Positions 1 through 8,165 of a stretch of DNA of 64,000 bases are shown piece by piece (positions within the stretch are counted from its first letter, which is position 1; every line of letters begins with the position of its first letter). The translations under genes and the position numbers were made by a program. Source of the stretch: Dehalococcoidia bacterium (GTDB lineage Bacteria > Chloroflexota > Dehalococcoidia > Lucifugimonadales > JAGWBF01); contig OZ240206.1 in NCBI GenBank assembly GCA_965197405.1, positions 2,251,096-2,315,095 on the forward strand, given 5' to 3'. The notes under the pieces were generated by a model. That model worked only from the letters and a program-made list of their open reading frames with translations. It was not told where the DNA came from and ran no database searches.

Positions 1-572
1 AAGCTCAAACGGGTCTCGCCAAGCTGGGGACCATGTGGGCCTTCGAGCAGGAAGGAGTTATGCCCGACATATTGACCGTCTCCAAGCACCTGGGAGGTGG
101 CATCGCCGTCAGTGCCACGATCACCACCGAGGAGATCGAGAACAAGGTAGCCCAGACGGGCTATGTGGTGGGCCACTCCCACGCCAACGACCCCATTACG
201 TGCAACGCGGGCATCGCCAGCATTGACATAATTGAGGACGAAAACCTGGTGCAGAAGGCCAGGGAGCTGGGGGCGTACTGGAAGGGCCTACTGGCCCAGC
301 TCCAGGAAGACCACGAGATTATAGGCGACGTCCGTGGTAGGGGGATGATTCAGGGCATAGAGCTGGTGAAGAATCGAGAGACCAAAGAGCCAGCATATGA
401 TGAGGGCAACGAAATAGGCCGTGACTGCCTGGCAAACGGCCTGATCTTCAGCATCCGCAGGCGAGGCTCCGTCCTGCGCTTTGTACCGCCGTTCTCCACC
501 ACGAGGGAGCAGTTCGACCAGGCCGCGGAAATCCTGGACAGGGCCATCAGGCGGACCGTTTATGGCGAGTGA
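1..572 (+). CDS. class-III (acetylornithine/GABA/omega-type) aminotransferase, C-terminal ~190 aa; 5' end lies outside the window
   Basis: Frame is open from nt 3 (..QTGLAKLGTMWAFEQEGVMPDILTVSKHLGGG..). The DIxTxSKxLGGG block with the PLP lysine is typical of class-III aminotransferases. Stop at 570-572. Confidence 0.8.
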   Translation, partial: AQTGLAKLGTMWAFEQEGVMPDILTVSKHLGGGIAVSATITTEEIENKVAQTGYVVGHSHANDPITCNAGIASIDIIEDENLVQKARELGAYWKGLLAQLQEDHEIIGDVRGRGMIQGIELVKNRETKEPAYDEGNEIGRDCLANGLIFSIRRRGSVLRFVPPFSTTREQFDQAAEILDRAIRRTVYGE

Positions 573-618
573 CGGCGCCGGGTAGCGGTTCCGTTCATAT
601 GGTATGTCGTCGCAATGC

Positions 619-996
619 GTCATTCCGAACGGAGCGAAGCGGAGTGAGGAATCTAAGAGGGTGTGTGATAAGGCATGGTTACACTTCCTCTCCCGTCGAG
701 GGAGAGGATTGAGGTGAAGGTGATGCGATGGCGTCCCCCTCATCCCTTCGGCGGGATGAGGGCAGGCTCTGACCTTCTCCCGCCAGGGGAGAAGGGACTT
801 TCCACACACCCTCTAAGGCGTAGGCTTATTCGAGAGCATGGATTTTCAGATTCCTCGCTGCGCTCGGAATGACGAGATGGGGGTTCCAAGGCCACATAAG
901 AGGATGAAAAAGGCAGCCAGCCTTCTCCACCGTCACTCCGGCAAAGGCCAGAGTCCAGGGGCGGGGGTATGGATTCCGGCTCAAGGCGGGGATGAC
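619..996. repeat. intergenic cluster of nested hairpin-repeat modules
   Basis: 619-656 is GTCATTCCGAACGGAGCGAAGCGGAGTGAGGAATCTAA. 683-816 is a three-hairpin 'C' element (second copy at 26831-26938). 845-872 is an inverted module, TTCAGATTCCTCGCTGCGCTCGGAATGAC, whose leader GCTTATTCGAGAGCATGGATTTT recurs at about 40060. 932-996 is a degenerate inverted hairpin doublet. Confidence 0.85.
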
Positions 997-1084
997 AAGA
1001 TGAGGGTTGCAGGCTACTTCATGGTAAAGCCCAAACATCAAGGCTCCTGGAACACTCCAGGGGCCTTAACTTGGCTATGAAAGC

Positions 1085-1160
1085 TGGCGCGCCCGGCAGG
1101 ACTCGAACCCGCAACCACTGGGTCCGAAGCCCAGTGCTCTATCCATTGAGCTACGGGCGC
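1085..1160 (-). tRNA. tRNA-Arg (anticodon TCG), CCA encoded
   Basis: Reverse complement folds as a cloverleaf: GCGCCCG TA GCTC AATGGATA GAGC A CTGGG CTTCGGA CCCAG TGGTT GCGGG TTCGAGT CCTGC CGGGCGC G CCA. Confidence 0.9.
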
Positions 1161-1251
1161 ATTCTCACGCTAAACAAGCGGGACGGCTATCCGGAGAACC
1201 GGGGTTCCGAGAAGACCGTTGGCTATCCAGGGCCGCCTATTTCCGATGATG

Positions 1252-1326
1252 GGTGAGCGGTGGGATTCGAACCCACGATCTCCTGGGCCACAGCCAGGCG
1301 CCTTGGACCACTTGGCTACGCTCACC
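1252..1326 (-). tRNA. tRNA-His (anticodon GTG) with genome-encoded G-1; CCA not fully encoded
   Basis: Reverse complement: G(-1) GTGAGCG TA GCCAAGTGGTCCAAGGC G CCTGG CTGTGGC CCAGG AGATC GTGGG TTCGAAT CCCAC CGCTCAC C. The extra 5' G opposite C73 is the His identity element. Confidence 0.9.
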
Positions 1327-1404
1327 ATGACGCCCCCAATTCCATCTCCCGGAGCCGGAGGCTCTAATTAGGAGTCTATGGGAAACTGTCGCCGGAGTCA
1401 AGGA

Positions 1405-2946
1405 CTACTTATCCCCGGCAAGCTCCAACGTCAGGTTTATCAGCGTCCTGGTGGGGACCCCAGTGCCCCCCTTCACCACGTAGCCCTTTTCCTTATCGCT
1501 GAAGTAGGTCCCCGCAATATCCAAGTGTGCCCAGGGGGTATCCTCGCTGAACTCGGCCAGGAATTGGGCGGCGGTTATGGAGCCGGCGGCCCTTCCACCC
1601 GTGTTCTTGACGTCGGCCACGTTGCTTTTTATCTGCTCTTTGTAGTCGTCGTACATGGGCAGCTGCCATATCCGCTCGCCGGTGGACCCGCCGGCCTTTG
1701 TCACGCTATCTATTAGCTCCTGGTCGTTGCCCATCACCCCGCTACAGGCGTTGCCCAGGGCCACCACGACGGCGCCGGTCAGGGTGGCTATATCCACGAT
1801 GTGGGTAACGCCCGTCTGCCTGGCGTAGTAGATGGCGTCGGCGAGGACAAGCCTTCCCTCAGCATCGGTGTTTATCACTTCGATGGTCTTGCCGCTCATG
1901 CTGCGCACCACGTCTCCGGGACGCTGCGCGGAGCCGCCGGGCATATTTTCCGTGGCAGCAATGATGCCCGTCACATTTATCCTGGGCTTGAGACGCCCTA
2001 TGGCCTTCATAGCGCCGATAACCGAAGCCCCTCCTGCCATGTCCCCCTTCATGTCCTCCATTCCCCCGGCAGGCTTGATGGAGATGCCGCCCGTGTCAAA
2101 GGTAATTCCTTTACCGATAAGCCCCAGGTTCCTGGAGGGGTTGTCGGGTTCGCCTGAGTACTGGAGGACTATCATCTTGGGTGGCTGGTCGCTGCCTATG
2201 GCTACGCCCAAGAAGGCCCCCATACCCAGCTCCTCCATGTGCTCACGGTCGAGGACTTTTATCTCAAGCCCCTCCTCGTCAGCCACCTGCCGGGCGATGT
2301 CCGCCATCCTGGTGGGGGTCATGACGTTGGCGGGCTCGTTGACCATGTCCCGGGCGAGGATAGCGCACTCGGCCATGAGGCGGCCCTGCTCCACCCCCTT
2401 CTCCAACTCGCCGAGCTTGCCGGACTCTTGCTCCACTATGAGCAGCTCGTCAAGCTCTCCGGCGCCGTCCTCGTTTTTCGTCAGATAGTTCTTGAAGCGG
2501 TAAAGGCCCAGGATGCTTCCTTCGGCTATGCTCTGGCCCGAGGACCTGGCATCCAGGCCCGCTATTCCGGCGCCCTGGGCTATGGTAGCCACACGGTCCA
2601 TGCCAAGCTTCCGGAGATAGCGGACCGTGCCTGCCATCACCTCTCGCACGGTTTCTTGAGTGAAGCTCTCCTCTTTCCCAAGCCCCGCTATCACTACCCG
2701 TGACGGCCCTATCTTGCCGAAGGTATGGATAAGGGTATGCTCGCCCTTATTCCCCTTCACCTCACCTTCCGCGATTAGCTGGGTGATGGCGCCGTCCAGG
2801 GCACAGTCCACCGCACCGGTAGCGCCCCCCGGCTGCTCCACACCTTTGAACAGGTTGACGATGAGGGCTGGGACCTTCAACCGAGTCACGTCCTCTTGTA
2901 CTATCTTTATCTTCAAGATGCCTCCTTCACTACCATGAAAATACAC
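1405..2946 (-). CDS. pepA: leucyl aminopeptidase (M17 family)
   Basis: Contains GKGITFDTGGISIKP and the NTDAEGRL signature. The likely true start is TTG at 2916, preceded by GAAGGAGG; the ORF-track N-terminus runs into a repeat. Confidence 0.9.
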   Translation of the reverse strand: MYFHGSEGGILKIKIVQEDVTRLKVPALIVNLFKGVEQPGGATGAVDCALDGAITQLIAEGEVKGNKGEHTLIHTFGKIGPSRVVIAGLGKEESFTQETVREVMAGTVRYLRKLGMDRVATIAQGAGIAGLDARSSGQSIAEGSILGLYRFKNYLTKNEDGAGELDELLIVEQESGKLGELEKGVEQGRLMAECAILARDMVNEPANVMTPTRMADIARQVADEEGLEIKVLDREHMEELGMGAFLGVAIGSDQPPKMIVLQYSGEPDNPSRNLGLIGKGITFDTGGISIKPAGGMEDMKGDMAGGASVIGAMKAIGRLKPRINVTGIIAATENMPGGSAQRPGDVVRSMSGKTIEVINTDAEGRLVLADAIYYARQTGVTHIVDIATLTGAVVVALGNACSGVMGNDQELIDSVTKAGGSTGERIWQLPMYDDYKEQIKSNVADVKNTGGRAAGSITAAQFLAEFSEDTPWAHLDIAGTYFSDKEKGYVVKGGTGVPTRTLINLTLELAGDK

Positions 2947-2949
2947 TTC

Positions 2950-3070
2950 GTCATACCCGCCTGGCCTACTTCAGGCAGGCGGGTATCCACATCCTCGGCT
3001 TCTGGACTCCCTGCCTGCTTGGGCGTGCTGCTGCCAAGCATTTTAGATTCCTCGCTGCGCTCGGAATGAC
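2950..3070. repeat. hairpin-repeat cluster upstream of pepA
   Basis: 2950-2990 is GTCATACCCGCCTG..CAGGCGGGTATCCAC (10-bp stem). 3043-3070 is TTAGATTCCTCGCTGCGCTCGGAATGAC (inverted GTCA module). Confidence 0.8.
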
Positions 3071-3152
3071 AGGGATGGGCTGCGACTGGTTCCTTAGATA
3101 CCCTCTTCCGGCTGGCCGACCTGATAATTATGACACACTTATGGCGACTTTA

Positions 3153-3776
3153 CTAACGCGTCCAGCGCCTTATCTCACGCGCCACTTTAGCAATGGCCGG
3201 TGAGATGTCTCGAGAGGTATCTACTACGAAATGGTTGCGCTTGATAGGCTCGGCTGTCGAGCACATTTTCCGGTATACCTGCCAGTCTGCATCGGACTTG
3301 TCCTCCGGGTCCCTTCCCTCGGACCGGCCTTTAAGACGCTCGCGCACGACCTCCGGAGGGGCCTTCAAGTGTACAATGACCAGCCTGGCCCCCAGCCCGT
3401 CGGTGATGTGGTACAGACGCTCCCGGTTGGCTTCTATCAAGTTGGTGGCGTCCAGGAGGACCGGCACCCCTTGCCTCAGCAGGTCGGCAATCAGGGATTG
3501 GCACGCCTTAAACAGTCGCGCGCTCTCCGTGGCCGTGTAGTCCGGACTCGGAAACAGGACCTTGCGGAGCACGTCGGACTCCAGCGTTAGTAAAGGCACC
3601 TGCTCGACAAGCCTGCGGCTGAAGTAGGACTTGCCGGAGCAGGGGAGTCCGCTGACCATCACCATGACGGGCTTCGCGCCCGGAGGCGGCCCCTGGGGAA
3701 GACTGGCCCGCAGCCTCTGCACGTCGGCGGTATGTCGAGATGGGCGGGCCTGGGTCTCTTTCATAGTCGAAACCAT
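3153..3776 (-). CDS. P-loop kinase-like ATP-binding protein (AAA_33/zeta-toxin-like fold)
   Basis: Walker A GLPCSGKS near the N-terminus, small size (207 aa), and a LLDATN Walker-B-like strand. Substrate unknown. Confidence 0.6.
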   Translation of the reverse strand: MVSTMKETQARPSRHTADVQRLRASLPQGPPPGAKPVMVMVSGLPCSGKSYFSRRLVEQVPLLTLESDVLRKVLFPSPDYTATESARLFKACQSLIADLLRQGVPVLLDATNLIEANRERLYHITDGLGARLVIVHLKAPPEVVRERLKGRSEGRDPEDKSDADWQVYRKMCSTAEPIKRNHFVVDTSRDISPAIAKVAREIRRWTR

Positions 3777-3809
3777 ATTGAAGGACCGGCGAGGGGACTG
3801 GGGACGGAG

Positions 3810-4679
3810 CTATTCACTCGTGTAAAAGGCTATTCCCAGGAGGCCGGGGCCCAGGTGAGCGCCCATGACAGGGGTGAACTCACTGATGAAAAGCTCCTGG
3901 CAGTTGAACTCCGCCTCTATTCGCCGGTACAGATGTTCGGCGCCATCGGCGGCCTGGGCGTGCATCACGTTCACGTGTACCGGCCTATCCCGGACCCGGT
4001 CTTTCGTGACGCTCAGAAGCCTGTCCATAGCCTTGGCGCGGCTCCTGGGCTTGTCCACCATCCTGGCTTCTCCCAGCTTTAGCTCCGTCAGGGGCTTTAT
4101 CCCCAGGAGAGAACCGGCCCAGGCAGCTACCCTGGGCACTCTGCCGCTTCTCCTCAGATAGTAGAGAGTGTCCAGGAAGGCCAGCAGATTTACCTTGGGT
4201 ACAAGCTCTTCTATCCTGGACAACACCCGTTCCAGGTCTGCCCCTTCCTGGGCGGCCCTGGCAGCCTCCAGGGCGATAAGCCCCTCCGCCCCCGCGGCGG
4301 CCCTGCTGTCCACCACCTTGATTATGTGGCAACCGGCTAGCTCGTCTTCCGCCATACGAGCGGCGACGGAAGCGGAGCTGTAGGTGGAGCTGAAATTGGT
4401 GGAAAGGGTGATGCAGACGACGTTCTCGGCGACGGCGCTTGCGGAGCGGAATGCCTCCAGGAATACGTCGGGCTTGGGGGAGGAGGTGCTGGGTATTTTC
4501 TGGTTCTTCTGGAGGAGCTGGTAGAACTCGTCAGGCTCTATGTCAATGCCGTCCCTGAAAGACTGCTCATCAATTATCAACTCGTGGGGAACAACGTATA
4601 TATCCGACTCCTCCAGAAGGGCGCGTGGCAGACAACTGCTACTGTCCACCACCACGGCTACCTTGCGCTTGTGAACCAA
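3810..4679 (-). CDS. DegV family fatty-acid-binding protein
   Basis: VAVVVDSSSCLP N-terminus and the PSTSSPKP (TSxPSP-like) motif. 289 aa, typical DegV length. Confidence 0.85.
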   Translation of the reverse strand: MVHKRKVAVVVDSSSCLPRALLEESDIYVVPHELIIDEQSFRDGIDIEPDEFYQLLQKNQKIPSTSSPKPDVFLEAFRSASAVAENVVCITLSTNFSSTYSSASVAARMAEDELAGCHIIKVVDSRAAAGAEGLIALEAARAAQEGADLERVLSRIEELVPKVNLLAFLDTLYYLRRSGRVPRVAAWAGSLLGIKPLTELKLGEARMVDKPRSRAKAMDRLLSVTKDRVRDRPVHVNVMHAQAADGAEHLYRRIEAEFNCQELFISEFTPVMGAHLGPGLLGIAFYTSE

Positions 4680-5674
4680 TGGGTCACAACCTCGCTATTG
4701 CCTTCGCCTTCAATAGACGGATAAGGCTGTTCTTTTCTTTCCAGTCTCGACTGTATGATAGCAGGGCTGAGGAGAAATGCCACCGAGGCAAGGGTGATGA
4801 GTATCACGGAAAGAAGGCTAAAGCCGAATGGGATAGCCACTATGGTGAACACCACCAGCACGGCTGTGGAGCCTGTGAGCAGAGCGACCTTCAGGAGCCT
4901 GTGCCGGGCTTTCATAAAAACGCCGGTGGTCACCGCGAGGGCTAAGAACACCAGCGCTCTATCCGCATCAGCCGCCTTGACTTCAGCCGCATTGGCCGCC
5001 CAGAAACCGTCGCCGCGCCAATTGAGCAACAGCGCCCAGGAGGTCAGGAAGGGGAAGGGCAGCGCGGTGAGGGATGCCAGGAGCCAGTCCTGTCGCACTA
5101 CCTTGACGATTACATTGGCCATTATCCACAGGGAGAAGGGAATATAGGCTATGATGAGCAGGTATATGGGGAAGCTGAAGGGCAAGGCCCCCGTGGTGAA
5201 GTACGTCCACGCGCCATAGCCGAGGGCTCCCAGGGCCATAACCCAGGAGAGGGCGGGCGCCGCCATCGAGTACCCCAGCCAGGTGTAGGTCCACTTGGGC
5301 CTCCCGGACTTCCAGGCCCTGAGGGCGATGAAGGTGACGGCGATTATCAGCACTATCACCAGGAAGTACCGGGTCCAGAGGTGCAGGGCGAAGAGGGATG
5401 CGAGAAGAAGGTGGGGCAGCGCGGCCAGGAATATGTCTCGCCAGGAACCGACGCTATGCACCGAGTACATACTCTTGGCAACCAGGTCGGGATGCCCCAT
5501 GTCGCGCACGGCCTGGGAGAGGGCCTCATCGCGGGTTAGGCCTTCTTCCTCCAGGTCGTGGGTCTTTTCCTCAAGGTGGCCCTGAAGCTCGAGGGCTATC
5601 TCTCGGTTCGTGTTGGGATCGAGTTTGAGCTTCCTCGTCAAAGCCTGGAGGTAGCTCTGAAGCTCTCCATCCAC
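4658..5674 (-). CDS. polytopic membrane protein with N-terminal cytoplasmic helical domain (PadR-associated sensor/anchor type)
   Basis: An N-terminal ~75 aa soluble helical region is followed by at least 6 hydrophobic helices. It lies 21 nt downstream of the PadR gene and overlaps the DegV start by 22 nt. Confidence 0.55.
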   Translation of the reverse strand: MDGELQSYLQALTRKLKLDPNTNREIALELQGHLEEKTHDLEEEGLTRDEALSQAVRDMGHPDLVAKSMYSVHSVGSWRDIFLAALPHLLLASLFALHLWTRYFLVIVLIIAVTFIALRAWKSGRPKWTYTWLGYSMAAPALSWVMALGALGYGAWTYFTTGALPFSFPIYLLIIAYIPFSLWIMANVIVKVVRQDWLLASLTALPFPFLTSWALLLNWRGDGFWAANAAEVKAADADRALVFLALAVTTGVFMKARHRLLKVALLTGSTAVLVVFTIVAIPFGFSLLSVILITLASVAFLLSPAIIQSRLERKEQPYPSIEGEGNSEVVTHWFTSAR

Positions 5675-5695
5675 CGGGTTCTCCTTAACGGGGGT

Positions 5696-6028
5696 CTAGG
5701 GCGCGGGGGCCGGCATTATGGAGTTGACGGCCCTGGCGAAACGTTGCCATTCACTCAGACGTTCCTCCAGCACCTTCTGCCCTTTGGCCGTGATGTGGTA
5801 GTAACGCCGTGGGACGCTCGAGGCCTCATCTCCCCATTTCCCCTCCACCAGCCCCGCCTTCTCCAGCCGGTGCAGGGCGGGATAAAGGGTCCCCTCCTTG
5901 AACTGGAAGTACCCACTACTGCGCTTCTCCATCTCCTTGACTATCCTGTACCCATACATAGCTTCGCCGACCAGCAGCGAGAGGAGGAGGGTCTCGGTAT
6001 TTCCCTTCAGTAGCTCTTTGTGGTACAT
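5696..6028 (-). CDS. PadR family transcriptional regulator
   Basis: 110 aa winged-helix protein: LLLSLLVGEAMYGYRIVKEM...GTLYPALHRLEKAGLVEG. Confidence 0.85.
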   Translation of the reverse strand: MYHKELLKGNTETLLLSLLVGEAMYGYRIVKEMEKRSSGYFQFKEGTLYPALHRLEKAGLVEGKWGDEASSVPRRYYHITAKGQKVLEERLSEWQRFARAVNSIMPAPAP

Positions 6029-6061
6029 GATTTGAAATTACCCCTGAATGCTTGGTGAGAT

Positions 6062-6089
6062 TTTATAACGTGCAGCCGTGGGCGGTCAA
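6062..6089 (-). promoter_or_regulatory. sigma70-type promoter candidate for the padR operon
   Basis: On the minus strand: TTGACC (6089-6084), 16 nt spacer, TATAAA (6067-6062), about 35 nt upstream of the padR ATG. Confidence 0.4.
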
Positions 6090-6132
6090 GTTTGGGAATC
6101 AGATTATCAGATTTGCCAAGTCCTTTTCGAAG

Positions 6133-6743
6133 TTAGGGACGGTTGTAATCGGTCGTGTCAGCGACAGCATCATAGTCCGTCTTGCTCAACCAATGGCACC
6201 AGATATTGGAACCCAACAGGGATAGGCGGCGGTTGTTGCTGGGACTGCGCCAAGCGGCTACTTCAGCATAACGCATATTGGGATACCGTCGGTGCACGAA
6301 CTCAAGCGCTGGCAGGATGTCGGTATCCGTGGACATAATCACGCCGACGTCATAAGCAGCTTCAACGGCCAGGGTTACGAAGTCTATTGCCAGCGCAACG
6401 TCAACACCCTTTTCCTGAGCGCTTTGCTGGGGCCAGCTCGGCGGGTAGCGGAGCGGGCGATTACCTGCGCCCCGTCTGCCTCCCATCTGGCGCATTGTTT
6501 CATATGGGCGTCGTAAGTGATGAGAGCCTTTATCGGGTCGGGACGTCCAGTATAAACGCGGACGCCAGCCAGGACATACGCTGCTCCACCGGGGCCGCCT
6601 CTGGCTACAATAAGTTCCCCGAGCTTCATGGGGTCAAATTGGCCGTCAACACCGGAATAGCCGCCGGCGAAAAAGCTATCCCGGGCCCCTCTGTAGGTGT
6701 TCTGCGCGTCAATGAAAAGCACGAGTTTCCGAGGAGGCGTCAT
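6133..6743 (-). pseudogene. NYN/LabA-like domain gene split by a frameshift
   Basis: ORF 6384-6743 carries the N-terminal half (LVLFIDAQNTYRGARD...). ORF 6133-6495, in another frame, carries the C-terminal half (..EKGVDVALAIDFVTLAVEAAYDVGVIMSTDTDILPA..). The frames meet near 6445-6455 in a CGCCCGC run. Confidence 0.6.
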
Positions 6744-6955
6744 GAGAGTAAGCCCTAATTAACGCCAAAAATCAAGCCCCGCCAATTGGCAGGGTTGAGA
6801 AGACCAGACCAATAGCGGGGAACATTGATGCCAGTATAGTCGGACGGGCCGGGGATGTCAAGCTTTTGTGCAGGGATTTTTCAAAAGGCCTTGTCATGTT
6901 TGCGGTCGCGGGTTTGAACCTGAGCTACTAATCGAGGATGACCGGGCGAGGAAAG

Positions 6956-7210
6956 CTATAGCCTGTTGACCAGGACCTGGATTCCCCAAAGGATAAAGAT
7001 AGCGATCATGGGAGTGAGGTCGAACATGCCTATTCTTGGAATCACTCTCCGGAGAGGGGCCAGGACAGGCTCGGTTATCTGGTATATAACGGCCACCAGG
7101 GGATTGTTGGGGCCGCCTATGGGAAGCCAGGAGAGGATAGCACGAGCAATTATCGCTATCCAGAGCACGGTAATCAGGAGATTTACAAATGTCCTTATGA
7201 CCTCGCCCAC
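6956..7210 (-). CDS. YggT family membrane protein
   Basis: 84 aa with two hydrophobic helices. Contains the ITEPVLAPLRRVIP motif typical of YggT. Sits directly downstream of proC. Confidence 0.75.
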   Translation of the reverse strand: MGEVIRTFVNLLITVLWIAIIARAILSWLPIGGPNNPLVAVIYQITEPVLAPLRRVIPRIGMFDLTPMIAIFILWGIQVLVNRL

Positions 7211-7212
7211 CG

Positions 7213-8013
7213 CTATCCACCTAGCTCCACAGATTTTTCGTAAGCTGCGATAACGGCGTTGATGACGGAGGCTCGAAGACCGCCTTCCTCCAGGGCGAGC
7301 AGGGCCTCGACGGTAGTCCCGCCGGGGGAGGTGACCATGTCCTTCAGCTCAGCCGGGTGCCTTCCCGTCTCCTTCACCAGCTTCGTGCTGCCCAGCACCG
7401 TCTGCAAGGCCAGGGTCCGCGCCGTGTCCCTGGGAAGGCCCAGATGGACGCCCGCATCTATGAGCGACTCTATGAAAAGGAACACGTAGGCCGGCCCACT
7501 GGCGCTGAGGGCGGTGGCCATGTCCAGGTATTTCTCGTCGGAAACGTATATCTCTTCACCGATAGTCCTCAATATGGACCCGGTGAGCTGGCGCACCTCG
7601 TCTCGTACCTGGGCGGAGCACGTCCAGAGGCTCATGCCCTCGCCAATCTGGGCGGGGGTGTTGGGCATGACCCGGATGACGGAGGGGTGGCCCAGGCCCT
7701 CAACGATGGTGGACATCCTGGCTCCGGCAATGATGGAAAGGACGGTCTGGTCCTGTTGCAGGCCGGCGTTGACTTGCGACAGCGCCTCCGACAGGTTCTG
7801 AGGCTTGACGGAGAGGACTACTATATCGGCTCCCTCGGCGGCCTCGGGGTTGCTGCTGGTGGCGTGGACGCCGTAGCGCTCCTTGAGCGTATTGCAACGC
7901 TCTTCCAGCAGTTCTCCCACGGATATATCTTCCGGAGTGGCGACGCCTTTGGAGAGGATGCCTCCGATTATTGCCTCAGCCATAGTGCCGCCGCCGATAA
8001 AGGCTATCTTCAT
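7213..8013 (-). CDS. proC: pyrroline-5-carboxylate reductase
   Basis: Rossmann N-terminus IAFIGGGTMAEAII and C-terminal SPGGTT motif. 266 aa. Confidence 0.9.
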   Translation of the reverse strand: MKIAFIGGGTMAEAIIGGILSKGVATPEDISVGELLEERCNTLKERYGVHATSSNPEAAEGADIVVLSVKPQNLSEALSQVNAGLQQDQTVLSIIAGARMSTIVEGLGHPSVIRVMPNTPAQIGEGMSLWTCSAQVRDEVRQLTGSILRTIGEEIYVSDEKYLDMATALSASGPAYVFLFIESLIDAGVHLGLPRDTARTLALQTVLGSTKLVKETGRHPAELKDMVTSPGGTTVEALLALEEGGLRASVINAVIAAYEKSVELGG

Positions 8014-8043
8014 GACTCCCTTAAAGCCACAGGGTTATACCCT

Positions 8044-8052
8044 ATTATATCA
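8044..8052 (-). promoter_or_regulatory. extended -10 promoter element (TGATATAAT) upstream of proC
   Basis: Minus strand reads TGATATAAT about 30 nt upstream of the proC ATG. The -35 region is weak. Confidence 0.35.
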
Positions 8053-8165
8053 CTGGAAACCACCGGCGAAGCATTGGCTTTCAGGCGTTATTCCGCCAAA
8101 CCGGGTCCTATCGGCAGCGGCGGGGTCCATTGGAGTCCGCGATAGCCCTTCTGGCTGATAGACTT

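Noticed and set aside
619-1000. CRISPR array hypothesis for the clustered repeats (also 14168-14562 and 57247-57718)
   Set aside because: The repeats are heterogeneous in sequence and length and occur in both orientations. They are not regularly spaced with unique spacers, and no cas genes are present. They fit REP/MITE-type elements instead.
6895-6930. tRNA-like T-arm (GCGGGTTTGAACC) suggesting a tRNA fragment or att site
   Set aside because: Flanking bases do not pair into a T-stem or acceptor stem on either strand.
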